Positions 54,958 through 64,000 of a stretch of DNA of 64,000 nucleotides are shown here, one piece after another. Below the pieces are notes generated by a model. That model made no database searches. It was not told the DNA's origin and saw only the letters and a program-made list of their open reading frames with translations. Made by a program: the position numbers and the translations under genes. How positions within the stretch are numbered: the first letter of the stretch is position 1; each line of letters begins with the position of its first letter. The DNA is from a virus (Duplodnaviria; Caudoviricetes): positions 1 through 64,000 of IMG/VR virus record IMGVR_UViG_2526164702_000004; one strand, written 5' to 3'.

Positions 54958-55410
54958 ATGAAACCACAACCCGAAGTCACACTAGATCAATTCCTTTCCG
55001 CGTTTGACGAGGGCGTAAAGAAGGCTGTGGAAAAACCTACTGTAGTGCCTAACGTGCGCGTTGAGGATCGCGGGTTTTTCACGGAGGAGCGATTCTACAG
55101 AGTCGAGTCGCGTAAAACGGGTGAACTGTGTTTTGCGTCTCGTTGCCTGGGGCAAACAGCAGAGCACCCGGGGTGTTATCAGGTCACGAGGTATTCAGAT
55201 CACAGACGTCGCTGGGTAACGACAGAGGAATTCGTGACACAGTTCAAACGGCTCAAAGACAAACCGGAGAGAGTCTACGTTAGTGACGCGTTGGGAGTAA
55301 GGCTTGATTGGAAGAAGACGGCAATTGAAGAGGATAACGTGGCGAGTGCTTTGTTGTGGAGTTGGTTTAATAGCGTGAGAAAGAACAAACAGAGTAGGGA
55401 GGTTGCGTAA
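54958..55410 (+). CDS. hypothetical protein
   Basis: 150-aa ORF. Confidence 0.5.
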   Translation: MKPQPEVTLDQFLSAFDEGVKKAVEKPTVVPNVRVEDRGFFTEERFYRVESRKTGELCFASRCLGQTAEHPGCYQVTRYSDHRRRWVTTEEFVTQFKRLKDKPERVYVSDALGVRLDWKKTAIEEDNVASALLWSWFNSVRKNKQSREVA

Positions 55411-55467
55411 GTCGATGATTGTCGCAAAAAATCAAAGAGGAAAATTTTCGGAAACGGGGTCGCTGGA

Positions 55468-55818
55468 ATGACTGTCGAGCTTAAGACAAAAATAAAACCG
55501 GTATCCGTAAATAGAAGATACGGCCTTTCAAAGAATAAAAAAAAGTTAATATTATCAAATGATTATAGATCTGTTAAAGAAGGATTACAATATGATTTTA
55601 GATCACAATGCTTATGTGGTCCAGTAATCTTGAACGAATGCTCTGTGGAAATTCATACATCTTATGAACGTCTTGATATTGATGCAATTGCGAAAATTCT
55701 TTTAGATGCGATGAATGGAATCGTATATAAAGATGATAGGCAAGTTTATCGTTTGGTGATGGAAAGAAAAATCCGTGACGATATAAGAATCGTTGTGACG
55801 GAGAGGAAAGGAATATGA
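55468..55818 (+). CDS. rusA: RusA-like Holliday junction resolvase
   Basis: DIDAIAKILLDAMNGIVYKDDRQV. Confidence 0.85.
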   Translation: MTVELKTKIKPVSVNRRYGLSKNKKKLILSNDYRSVKEGLQYDFRSQCLCGPVILNECSVEIHTSYERLDIDAIAKILLDAMNGIVYKDDRQVYRLVMERKIRDDIRIVVTERKGI

Positions 55819-56351
55819 ACTTCGAAGTAGGTAAATTTTATAAAATCCCTTGCGCTGAATTAATAGGACCTAAAGGCAAAAGAGTTTTTGTCCCAGTTAA
55901 TGGCCCTGAGCATTCAGATCCACAATTCGGAGCGAAGGAAAATCATCATCACATTGATACGAGATTTATATCAGAAAATTATAATGAACAATTTTCCATT
56001 CAATCCGGATTTACAAACAAACCAGTGTGGACGGGTCAAAAAAATATAATCTCCGGAGAACGGTTTTCTTTCCAGGGGATTATATTTAAGAGGAAGCTTT
56101 GTCGTTCGAATGTTACGGGTCTTCTTGGGCCAAACCCATCGGACCGTGCACCGGAACTTGAGAAATACAAATCGTGGGCAAAAGGCTTCTTTGGGAAAAA
56201 GTGCCATGGTAAGAGATGCCCACATCTGGGAACGGAACTCATCGAGGCCAATGGAGTTAAATTCTGCCCACTCCATGGCCTAAAATCAGACAAAGAGGGC
56301 AGTGAGATTGTAGGATATTTTTTGCCAGAACAAGGAGTAGGAACGATATGA
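55815..56351 (+). CDS. hypothetical protein with C-terminal Rieske-like motif
   Basis: CPHLG...CPLHG. Confidence 0.6.
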   Translation: MNFEVGKFYKIPCAELIGPKGKRVFVPVNGPEHSDPQFGAKENHHHIDTRFISENYNEQFSIQSGFTNKPVWTGQKNIISGERFSFQGIIFKRKLCRSNVTGLLGPNPSDRAPELEKYKSWAKGFFGKKCHGKRCPHLGTELIEANGVKFCPLHGLKSDKEGSEIVGYFLPEQGVGTI

Positions 56352-56671
56352 AAGTGTTTTTAATTAATGATTACGAATATTGGGCGTCACCGTCTTTACG
56401 ACAACTTGCACGTTATCTCATTGCTGGCACTAGTGAGTCTGTTAAGGAGTTTCTTTCAGAAAACGTATTAGAGATTGTTGATGCAGACGAACAGTATGTT
56501 TGCGAAATTGATGAGGCAACGCAAGATTTTATGAGATACGGTGAAACAGAAGAAGATCGATATTGGTTGGAAAAATTGGGGGCAGTAGTCACCTTTAGAC
56601 GTTATATAGAACTTTGTATCGACTCGGGCCATGATCCAAATTGTCCTTTCCCCATTGCCTGTAGGGATTGA
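56348..56671 (+). CDS. hypothetical protein
   Basis: Coupled ORF. Confidence 0.5.
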   Translation: MKVFLINDYEYWASPSLRQLARYLIAGTSESVKEFLSENVLEIVDADEQYVCEIDEATQDFMRYGETEEDRYWLEKLGAVVTFRRYIELCIDSGHDPNCPFPIACRD

Positions 56672-56954
56672 AGCCGTGATCGTAATTAAAGTTGAAATCT
56701 GGCCGAACGGCGACGAGTCAAAAGCACGTGAGCATTCGCGTGCGTATATAGCAAACGACGGAAAGACGGTAAAAGAAACAAAGGGCGCATACGGCTCTTA
56801 CGACGCAAGGTTTATGCAGAGCCAGGATTTTAATCCGAAGAGAGTTTGGAAGTCGAGCAGGGCAGAGCGTATCCATAGGAAGCTACGCGGTGTTTGGGAT
56901 ATTGTCTACGTTGCGCTTCGGAATGCGGGAATGGAAGAGAGGAATAAGGGATGA
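56631..56954 (+). CDS. hypothetical protein (start likely IVIKVEIWP)
   Basis: Coupled ORF. Confidence 0.5.
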   Translation: MIQIVLSPLPVGIEAVIVIKVEIWPNGDESKAREHSRAYIANDGKTVKETKGAYGSYDARFMQSQDFNPKRVWKSSRAERIHRKLRGVWDIVYVALRNAGMEERNKG

Positions 56955-57883
56955 AAAACTCAAAGATAGAATGGACTGATCACACTTGGAACCCGGTTAC
57001 AGGATGTACGAAAGTTTCAGCCGGTTGTAGAAACTGTTACGCTGAGACAATCAGCAAGCGCAAGTTTGGGGAATGGAAAGATAGGGATTTTTCGGAAGTC
57101 GCATTAAAATATAACAAACTTTTTGAACCGTTTTCGATTCGAAAACCTTCGAAAATCTTCGTAAACTCAATGTCTGATCTTTTTCATGATGATGTTCCGG
57201 ATTCGTTCATTGACAGAATTTTTGGCGTGATGGCCTTAAATCCCAAACACACGTTTCAAGTTTTAACAAAACGTCCGGAACGAATGTTAGAATATTTAAC
57301 AACTGAAGACCGTGCGGGCGAAATAGGTGACGTTGCGTACTCTTTTGTGGAATCCAATCGGCAAACGAGGAGTATAAAAATGCCGCACGAATCGACCGAC
57401 AAGTGGTCTGGATTAGTCGAGTGGCCGCTCCCAAACGTTTGGCTTGGGGTATCAGTTGAAGATCAAGAAACAGCGGATGAGAGAATTCCGTTTTTGATGG
57501 AAGCTCCAGCGAAAATAAAATTTATATCAGCAGAACCACTTTTAGGTGAGATTGATTTAACGAACTTAGAAACAGAAGACTATGGCACAGTCAACGCGCT
57601 CAAAGGCAACCTCGATATTTTATCTATGGGCTATTACGAGGATATTTGGGGAACGCTATCTCCTATCGATTGGGTTATAGCAGGAGGAGAGTCAGGCCCG
57701 AATGCAAGACTTGTGCGGCCAAATTGGATTCGAAATTTGCGTGATCAGTGTACAGACGCAGATGTTCCGTTCTTCTTTAAGCAATGGGGTGATAAGAGAA
57801 ATTCTAGGGCGCGCCTTGACGGGGAAGAGTGGAAACAGTTTCCAAAAAAAGCAGCGGAAAAGGCGAATATTGAATGCGATTGA
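56951..57883 (+). CDS. Gp37/Gp68 (DUF5131) family protein
   Basis: IEWTDHTWNPVTGCTKVSAGCRNCYA; WVIAGGESG; PFFFKQWG. Confidence 0.92.
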   Translation: MKNSKIEWTDHTWNPVTGCTKVSAGCRNCYAETISKRKFGEWKDRDFSEVALKYNKLFEPFSIRKPSKIFVNSMSDLFHDDVPDSFIDRIFGVMALNPKHTFQVLTKRPERMLEYLTTEDRAGEIGDVAYSFVESNRQTRSIKMPHESTDKWSGLVEWPLPNVWLGVSVEDQETADERIPFLMEAPAKIKFISAEPLLGEIDLTNLETEDYGTVNALKGNLDILSMGYYEDIWGTLSPIDWVIAGGESGPNARLVRPNWIRNLRDQCTDADVPFFFKQWGDKRNSRARLDGEEWKQFPKKAAEKANIECD

Positions 57884-58286
57884 AAATCGGTGATAGAGTC
57901 AAGACCCCGCACGGTGAGGGCATTATTCATTCCTTCGAAAAGACGCAAAGAACTCGACGTGTCTGTGTTACGTTGGATAAAAAACATTTGGATAGGGAGT
58001 TGCTTTGTTATTTTGATAACGATGTGATTTCGCTAAAGCCCTCCTTCATGACCTGTAAAGTTTGCAAAGTTAAATATTCGAGAGAGTATTATGTTGATTT
58101 TGTTAACGGTGAGTGTATGCCATGCCGCTCGCAACGTGAGTTTGACGAATATTGTGAAAAGGAAGAAAGTGAATTAAAAAGATATAACGAAATGAATGGC
58201 ACTAATTATAATAGCCAGTCCTTTTTTTGCGACTGACCTAGTAACATAAAAGTAGACACCTTTTTTTCCAAGAATAGAGGTAAAAG

Positions 58287-58592
58287 TTGAGAATGAAAGG
58301 AAGAAGAAAATATTCGCCGGAGTTTCGGGAACAAGCAGTAAACCGGACGTTAAATGGATCGTTTACAATAAAAGAAGTAGCAGAGTCCTTAGGAGTTAGC
58401 TACTTTGTATTGAGACAATGGAAGGCCGAGCATTTGAAAAAGAAGGAAACAGAGCAACCACTTCCGGATAAACAGCTAAAGGAAAGCGAAGAATTGAAAA
58501 GACTTCGTAAAGAGAATGTGAGATTAAAGGATGAAAACGCGATCTTAAAAAAGTTTGCGGCCATGCTTTCCCGCGAACAGAATCCCGATTGA
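58287..58592 (+). CDS. IS3 OrfA (HTH)
   Basis: RKYSPEFREQAV...EELKRLRKENVRLKDENAILKK. Confidence 0.92.
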   Translation: MRMKGRRKYSPEFREQAVNRTLNGSFTIKEVAESLGVSYFVLRQWKAEHLKKKETEQPLPDKQLKESEELKRLRKENVRLKDENAILKKFAAMLSREQNPD

Positions 58593-59434
58593 AGTTCATG
58601 AAATCGAATTGCTTAGAGCATAGTATAGGGAGCATGGCAAGAGTTTTAGGAGTATCTCGATCAGGATATTATAAATATCTAAACCGTCATAAAGATCGGT
58701 CAGTTGCTCCTGACCTTACGAATTTTCTCCAAGAGAAGTGGCTTAAAAGTCGTAAGAATTACGGTTTTAAACGTCTCTTTCAGGAAGTGAAAAAGTCGAA
58801 TCTTCCCTATGGAGCGAGGAAAGTTCGAAAAGCGATGAAACACTGTAAAATTAGCGGGAAACAGAGGAAGCAGTTTAGACCTTTGACAACGAATTCAAAA
58901 CACGGGGGTAGAATTGCTCCTGATTTAGTTCAAAGGAAATTTCATCCGAACGAGCAGAACCGAATTTGGGTGTCTGATGTTACATTCATTCGGACTTCGT
59001 TTGGTTGGAGTTATCTTTGTGTGATTTTGGATCTGTATTCACGCAAGACAGTGGGTTGGTCGCTTTCCGATCGTAATGATTCTCAGTTGGTATGTGATAC
59101 GGTATTAAAAGCAGTGTTGTCAAGAAACCCTCGGAAAGGATTGATCTTTCATTCGGATCGGGGTTCTAATTTCTGTTCTAAAGAAACACGTAGACTACTA
59201 ATTGCCAATGGTATCAGACGAAGCAACAGCAGAAAAGGAAATTGTTGGGACAATGCGGTGGCAGAGTCTTTCTTTAGTTCTCTAAAAAGAGAAATCGAAT
59301 ACAATACATTCTATAACATTGAAGAAGCGGAGCATCTTCTATTTGATTTTATCGAAGTGTATTACAATAGATTCAGGTTTCATTCTACATTAGGTTATAT
59401 GAGCCCTGAAGAATTTGAGACAAATATTGCTTAA
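58589..59434 (+). CDS. IS3 OrfB DDE transposase
   Basis: WVSDVT, FHSDRGS and DNAVAESFF. Confidence 0.95.
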   Translation: MKFMKSNCLEHSIGSMARVLGVSRSGYYKYLNRHKDRSVAPDLTNFLQEKWLKSRKNYGFKRLFQEVKKSNLPYGARKVRKAMKHCKISGKQRKQFRPLTTNSKHGGRIAPDLVQRKFHPNEQNRIWVSDVTFIRTSFGWSYLCVILDLYSRKTVGWSLSDRNDSQLVCDTVLKAVLSRNPRKGLIFHSDRGSNFCSKETRRLLIANGIRRSNSRKGNCWDNAVAESFFSSLKREIEYNTFYNIEEAEHLLFDFIEVYYNRFRFHSTLGYMSPEEFETNIA

Positions 59435-59637
59435 ATGGCTGTCCACTTTTATGTGACTACTTCAGACTGTTACGACAATAAAATTGATTCGAGCACGTTA
59501 GGAGGTAGGTTTGTGTGCTTGCGACAAACCTACAGCTTTGCACAGTCAATTCAGGATGACGAGATTATGGACTCTGATCCTCAGCCGTCTTTATTTGATT
59601 ACGATAACTCGATTCCGTTTTAGGAGAAAATAATAGA

Positions 59638-59931
59638 ATGTCATTAAAAATAAAATTCTTACGCAAGATTGTGGATCTTAAATACAATCTTCAGAAGCTA
59701 AGGCAAACGGGTAGTAGTTATAAGATACTTGGAAATATTCTTGATTACTCATTTATATGCGTTTACTTAAATCACAACTTTGGTGGTTACCTGAGAACTT
59801 GGCGTTTGTTTATATTAAATTTAGATTATATTAAATATAGTGACGTTCTATACAATTATCTAATGATTGAATTTGGTATATTCGGGTTTTGGTTAAGTAT
59901 TTGGATTAGATTGTGGAGGGTGAAAAAATAG
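59638..59931 (+). CDS. hydrophobic hypothetical protein, tandem paralogue 1
   Basis: Shares MSLKIK..RKIV.LK and SFICVYLNH with the next gene. Confidence 0.65.
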   Translation: MSLKIKFLRKIVDLKYNLQKLRQTGSSYKILGNILDYSFICVYLNHNFGGYLRTWRLFILNLDYIKYSDVLYNYLMIEFGIFGFWLSIWIRLWRVKK

Positions 59932-59932
59932 T

Positions 59933-60232
59933 ATGTCATTAAAAATCAAAACCTGGAGAAAGATTGTGTATCTTAAATGGTTCCTCATTCGGCTAAGGCG
60001 TAATGGTAGTATTAAATTAATAGGTAAAAGTCCATTTGATTCATTTATATGTGTTTACTTGAATCATTATTATAGCCTTACCTCTCAAGACAATAAAGGT
60101 TTAATTATATTAAATTTATATTATTTTACTTATGATGGGACAGCACTCAAACGTTTGTTCTTTGAGTTTGGTTTATTGGGAGTTTCGTTAGATATTTGGA
60201 TCATATTGTGTGGGAGGGTAGGGGAGGAATAA
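59933..60232 (+). CDS. hydrophobic hypothetical protein, tandem paralogue 2
   Basis: Shares the same motifs with paralogue 1. Confidence 0.65.
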   Translation: MSLKIKTWRKIVYLKWFLIRLRRNGSIKLIGKSPFDSFICVYLNHYYSLTSQDNKGLIILNLYYFTYDGTALKRLFFEFGLLGVSLDIWIILCGRVGEE

Positions 60233-60234
60233 GT

Positions 60235-60639
60235 ATGAAAGAAGAACAAATGACTCCACAAGAACGCCGTGAATATATCGCTGAAAAGATTTTGGGATGG
60301 AAATTTCTGCCCAACCATAAAGGTGATAGTGGATTTTATATTATGTCAAATTGGGCATATGATAAAGGAAGAATAATATCAATGCCTAGAATACCTAGAG
60401 TAGTGAAGCCGGAGGAACTTCCCGACTTCGAATCCCTTTCGGAGTGTATTGGTCCTTTGTGCGAAGTAGTGTTTCCGATGCTTGCAGGAGAAAAGTGGAT
60501 CATTTCGTTTTTAGATAATGGACACGTGAACTTGATAGATGGTCCTCGATGGGCAGTATTAGACATTAGAACAGGACCGCTTGCGACGGTCCTTGTTGAT
60601 GCACACATGAAAATCACAGGAGAAAAACGGAATGGATGA
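60235..60639 (+). CDS. hypothetical protein
   Basis: GAGG SD before MKEEQ. Confidence 0.55.
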   Translation: MKEEQMTPQERREYIAEKILGWKFLPNHKGDSGFYIMSNWAYDKGRIISMPRIPRVVKPEELPDFESLSECIGPLCEVVFPMLAGEKWIISFLDNGHVNLIDGPRWAVLDIRTGPLATVLVDAHMKITGEKRNG

Positions 60640-60922
60640 GAGAATTTTACGGGCACTTGCTACTATAAAAGGGCAAGATTGGGTTAACTGGTTTACAGAA
60701 TCAGCCTTGATCACCGATCAAATCTGGGTAGAGAATTTCCGTATTACTAAAAAACTTAAGGAAGAGCATTTTGAAGATGAATCAATTGATTGTTATGGCA
60801 AATACGGAACTGCATTTATAGATCAATCTCCATCAAGCGATTACGGTGATACTTTTTATGGTACAATTTATTTTAAGCTAAATTCAAGACAACGTTATCT
60901 TAAATTTGATTACGCTTGTTAA
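60632..60922 (+). CDS. hypothetical protein
   Basis: Coupled ORF. Confidence 0.5.
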   Translation: MDERILRALATIKGQDWVNWFTESALITDQIWVENFRITKKLKEEHFEDESIDCYGKYGTAFIDQSPSSDYGDTFYGTIYFKLNSRQRYLKFDYAC

Positions 60923-61122
60923 AAGGGGAAAGTATGACTCTAAAAGAATTGGAAAGCTTTCGAGAGGATTTGAAAACTGTAACGGGATTTACTGACGTTG
61001 AACTCGCAAAGCTTGAAACTGAGTTTTCGAAACTTCCGGTATTTCCGGATCTGGGATCAGGTTTTTACGCGGTGTTTGTTGAGGGAGCGGCCGCGTATCG
61101 AAATATGCAGAGGGAATTATGA
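60916..61122 (+). CDS. hypothetical protein
   Basis: Coupled ORF. Confidence 0.45.
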   Translation: MLKGESMTLKELESFREDLKTVTGFTDVELAKLETEFSKLPVFPDLGSGFYAVFVEGAAAYRNMQREL

Positions 61123-61165
61123 ACGTTTATATAATTTCGGAAGCATACGAATGTGAAAATGCCAG

Positions 61166-61444
61166 ATGACTAACGTGGATAAAATGAGCAGGCTTATAAG
61201 GACATTCTGGGATTATTTGAGATCGCCAAAGCATTATGGGTGGTCGGTCGGTCTTAAGTCAAGTCAACAAAAGTCGGGTTGGTCAGCTTTCATTCAAAAT
61301 TATTGGTCAATCTACCACAACGGTTGGCCGCTAATCGTGATCCACGTTTCTGCAAACCAAAACGATTTCAGTTTCCGCTTTGGAATAATTGGATTCGTCT
61401 TATTGGTGACAATTGATCGGAAACAAAAAAAAGCCTCACTATGA
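61166..61444 (+). CDS. hypothetical protein
   Basis: ORF in the early operon. Confidence 0.4.
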   Translation: MTNVDKMSRLIRTFWDYLRSPKHYGWSVGLKSSQQKSGWSAFIQNYWSIYHNGWPLIVIHVSANQNDFSFRFGIIGFVLLVTIDRKQKKASL

Positions 61445-61587
61445 CCTGTTTCCAAATCATCAAACTTATATTGGTCTACACAGTGCCTTGCGTTGTCGTC
61501 GGGTGGGTTGTGATTGCCCTCTTTGTTTGGCTTCCGTTGTGGTGGGTGGTGACAAAGTATTTTGGAGATGAGCGAGATAGGAAATGA
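61441..61587 (+). CDS. small TM peptide (48 aa)
   Basis: ATGA overlap; hydrophobic. Confidence 0.35.
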   Translation: MTCFQIIKLILVYTVPCVVVGWVVIALFVWLPLWWVVTKYFGDERDRK

Positions 61588-61649
61588 TTTTAGAAACCTA
61601 ATGAACAATAGAGATTAGGAAGACCAATTTAATAGAAGGAATATAGTTT

Positions 61650-62030
61650 ATGAAAGGGAATATTAAACCAATTACCGAAGGCATTATGAAAGGGAATATT
61701 AAAAATAATACCAACGAACCAAAACCAAAGATAACTCCAATTTCGCATCCTAATAAAAAGTTAATTATTGAAGTTAACGATAGGGAAGACAGAAAGAAAA
61801 AAAAATCTTTCTCCAACAATAACTATAATGAATCGAGTGTATCTCTAAATGTTTTGCAAAATACTGTGTCGAAAGCTATTGCAAAACATTTAGAAGTAAC
61901 AATTGAATTTTGCGACAACTTGCAACCTTATCTAAAAGAGCATCCTTCTGATTTTTTAAATTCTTGGATGGAATATCTAGTTTCGATTAAATACCTTAAA
62001 AAGCTTTGCGATCGTATGCTTAATAAATGA
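61650..62030 (+). CDS. hypothetical protein, last early gene
   Basis: ORF with a duplicated MKGNIK start. Confidence 0.45.
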   Translation: MKGNIKPITEGIMKGNIKNNTNEPKPKITPISHPNKKLIIEVNDREDRKKKKSFSNNNYNESSVSLNVLQNTVSKAIAKHLEVTIEFCDNLQPYLKEHPSDFLNSWMEYLVSIKYLKKLCDRMLNK

Positions 62031-62078
62031 CGGTATAATATTTTCTCATCTAAGAAAATATCCCACAACAAATTTATC

Positions 62079-62103
62079 AAAAAATACCCCGCATTTACGG
62101 GGT
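62079..62103 (-). terminator. intrinsic terminator of the lysis operon
   Basis: A-tract followed by ACCCCG-N6-CGGGGT. Confidence 0.65.
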
Positions 62104-62133
62104 TAAGTGAGATGGAATGTATTTAAGGATATA

Positions 62134-62631
62134 TTACGGTGCCAGTATATATTCTTTCGTTTCGTCCGTCGGTTTCGCTGAAGATCCTCCGAACCAACTC
62201 ACAAATCTGTAAACGTATGCTGCTCTAAACGAGCCCATTCCGTCTTCTAAACAAATTTTTTTTAGAATCTGATCTGCAGTATCACGATATTTTATATGAT
62301 CTAATTTTTCTTCCCGCATCAATTGATAGAGCGCGTCATGTACTAGTGATCCGCGCATAAAGGATTTTGTATCAAATGTCGGGCCGCTTGGTCCATCCCA
62401 CGCGTATCCGGCGCTTATTTTTAATAGTCCGTCTATATCTAGTGATACAAAAGTTTTTATTCCAGTAGTTTCGATCCGAATTTGTTTTTCCGTCTTGATG
62501 TCTGTCTGGAACCAATAGGGTAATAAGAGTTCGTATTTGTAGTTCTTTAAACTTTTATAAACTATTCGATCCATTGCTTTCCCCGTCCTTGTTTTTGCCA
62601 ATAAATCCAATAGCAGCAAACCCAGCCGCAA
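62134..62631 (-). CDS. DUF1353-family protein
   Basis: GYAWDGPSG...RGSLVHDALYQ...ADQIL. Confidence 0.75.
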   Translation of the reverse strand: MRLGLLLLDLLAKTRTGKAMDRIVYKSLKNYKYELLLPYWFQTDIKTEKQIRIETTGIKTFVSLDIDGLLKISAGYAWDGPSGPTFDTKSFMRGSLVHDALYQLMREEKLDHIKYRDTADQILKKICLEDGMGSFRAAYVYRFVSWFGGSSAKPTDETKEYILAP

Positions 62632-62782
62632 TTGCCAGACAAGCTTGGCTCCAATCTGCTTTGTCTATAAATACAGATACAATCGCACCGATTACAATCA
62701 ACACACCTAATATAGTTGAGATCCGTCCTTTAGTCACATTATCGGAGAGATATTTCCAAAATGTTTTTTTGTGTTTGGTCAT
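62555..62782 (-). CDS. holin-like two-TM protein
   Basis: Two hydrophobic helices with charged termini; next to endolysin. Confidence 0.6.
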   Translation of the reverse strand: MTKHKKTFWKYLSDNVTKGRISTILGVLIVIGAIVSVFIDKADWSQACLAIAAGFAAIGFIGKNKDGESNGSNSL

Positions 62783-62808
62783 ATTATATTTCCTTTATGT
62801 AGATTTTC

Positions 62809-63309
62809 TTATCCTATTGTGACTCGTTGGTATTTCATTTTGCCTGGTACTCCAAACGCGTTTAATACTTCTTTTTTCGGTTTGATACCAATAGGCGCAA
62901 CAGAGACGTGGACCCAAGTTACGCCTGAAGTCGTGCCTTCGTTGATTAATTGGTGGAATGGCAAATTGAGCTTTAGGATTTCTGCTACAATATCTTTTGT
63001 TGTCAACCCTTGAACACAAATGTCTGCTGCTTCGCCATTCATGTGTTGACTTGTTACGCTACCCTTCACTTTTCGATTTACTGCTGGCGATCGAAATCCG
63101 GAATTAACAATAATTGGCTTTTCAATTGCTTGCCTAAGTGGTTCCAAAATCGTTTCACAGAGACGCTTTAGATTTACGATTTGTCTTTCATCTGGAACGT
63201 TCGGAATGCCTGTTTGTGTAACAGTTAATTCAGACAAAGTAAAATTTTTTGATAAATTTGTTGTGGGTGCATTTTCTTTTTCCATTTTTCCTAGATCCTT
63301 TTGGGTCAT
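62809..63309 (-). CDS. peptidase M15 endolysin
   Basis: NSGFRSPAVN, SQHMNGEAADI and WVHVS. Confidence 0.9.
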   Translation of the reverse strand: MTQKDLGKMEKENAPTTNLSKNFTLSELTVTQTGIPNVPDERQIVNLKRLCETILEPLRQAIEKPIIVNSGFRSPAVNRKVKGSVTSQHMNGEAADICVQGLTTKDIVAEILKLNLPFHQLINEGTTSGVTWVHVSVAPIGIKPKKEVLNAFGVPGKMKYQRVTIG

Positions 63310-63923
63310 AATTTTTTCCTGAGTAAAATTCCTATTTCAGTTGCGGCTTCTTCAATCTCTTGTTTTTGAGGGGTACGATTAATATCTTCATGCCATGAGA
63401 CAGATACAAAGCCTTCTATTTTTCCCTTGTAATCAATCTTTGCAAATAGATGGGCTTTGATTTTATTAAACCGAAATATATCTTTCCAAACGGAGGATTC
63501 TGGCATTGATTCGGTTAGAAGATAAACGGAATCTGATTCACAGATCGGTTTAATAATTTCGAGTGATTGAGAAATACTTTGGTTGGTATAAAAATTATTA
63601 AACTCATAAGGATAAGCCATCCCAGATTTAACTACGATATTTGTGAGAGAAAATTTTTCTACGCCGGTTCCGTTGTGGTAATATTCCCCGTTGTGAAATA
63701 AAAATACTTTTGCGCGGCTTGCGTTATAATGATCACGCAAAACGGCCAGCAGCTCCTGGACAGAAGTATTACGATTTAACTCCCTCTGAATCTTTCCGCG
63801 ATCACGATTGGATTTCAGCCACTCGGTCCACCGATCAGAAATATACTTTAAAACGTGTATAGCTGCTACTCCTGCAACTATACCAGATGCCGAAAGGATT
63901 TCTTCGATCACGGTGGGTCCCAT
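63306..63923 (-). CDS. TM plus GAF-like domain protein (T4 holin T-like architecture)
   Basis: N-terminal TM; ASRAKVFLFHNG; GFVSVSW. Confidence 0.55.
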   Translation of the reverse strand: MGPTVIEEILSASGIVAGVAAIHVLKYISDRWTEWLKSNRDRGKIQRELNRNTSVQELLAVLRDHYNASRAKVFLFHNGEYYHNGTGVEKFSLTNIVVKSGMAYPYEFNNFYTNQSISQSLEIIKPICESDSVYLLTESMPESSVWKDIFRFNKIKAHLFAKIDYKGKIEGFVSVSWHEDINRTPQKQEIEEAATEIGILLRKKL

Positions 63924-64000
63924 CCTTTATTTACGTCTATCGCTAATAGTTCGCTTGCAGTTGTCGCTGCTTGTATCTCTGATTTTGTTTGCGTGCACGC
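63908..64000 (-). CDS. 3' end of a tail fibre assembly-like protein (partial)
   Basis: Reads ...SEIQAATTASELLAIDVNKGWDPP*. Confidence 0.45.
   Translation of the reverse strand, partial: ACTQTKSEIQAATTASELLAIDVNKGWDPP

Larger units (their letters stand above)
58234..59464 (+). mobile_element. IS3-family insertion sequence (IS1501-like by recall)
   Basis: Imperfect ~27-bp IRs (tgacctagtaacataaaagtagacacc / ggctgtccacttttatgtgactacttca); 3-bp GAC target duplication. Confidence 0.92.
57874..59623 (+). pseudogene. Cys-rich hypothetical gene interrupted by the IS3 element
   Basis: 57874-58233 joins 59468-59623 in frame after removing the IS and one GAC copy. Confidence 0.8.

Noticed and set aside
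1-64000. tRNA, rRNA, integrase or att sites
   Set aside because: None recognised by eye; a tRNAscan run would be needed to exclude tRNAs

Overview
This AT-rich window holds most of a temperate contractile-tailed phage that appears to be maintained as a plasmid prophage. The host is probably Leptospira; this is inferred from recalled family resemblance of the rep/parAB module, the IS3 element and several hypothetical families, and no search was run. Bases 1-30 kb (minus strand) carry SPO1/Twort-like (Herelleviridae-type) morphogenesis genes: terminase, portal, prohead protease, scaffold, major capsid, sheath, tube, tail chaperones and a tape-measure-like gene. This block also includes a DarB-like methylase-helicase, a shared putative late-promoter motif (TTGnnn-N19-TTGTCn), and a tandem array of secreted paralogues after the tape-measure gene. 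Bases 30-46 kb form an accessory region: HigBA, VapBC, an HTH/nucleotidyltransferase pair, three antitoxins beside decayed toxins, parA-parB-rep, a repressor/7TM module, DprA-PRTase, and TM2 plus DUF4041/GIY-YIG. Bases 45.7-62 kb carry the cI/cro switch and the early operon, with recombination genes, an O-like replication protein with iterons, RusA, a structured RNA candidate and an IS3 insertion. Bases 62-64 kb are the lysis cassette. The standout feature is at 46.7-50.7 kb: nine tandem, diverged Cro/XRE-type HTH genes. Each is followed by its own pair of palindromic operators (8-N5-8, 33 bp apart in eight of nine units) straddling a TTGACA promoter. Operator sequence co-varies with the recognition helix of the upstream HTH. 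Every HTH gene is nested in an alternative-frame ORF, and these ORFs are chained by stop-start overlaps. The functional interpretations are hypotheses from reading the sequence only.
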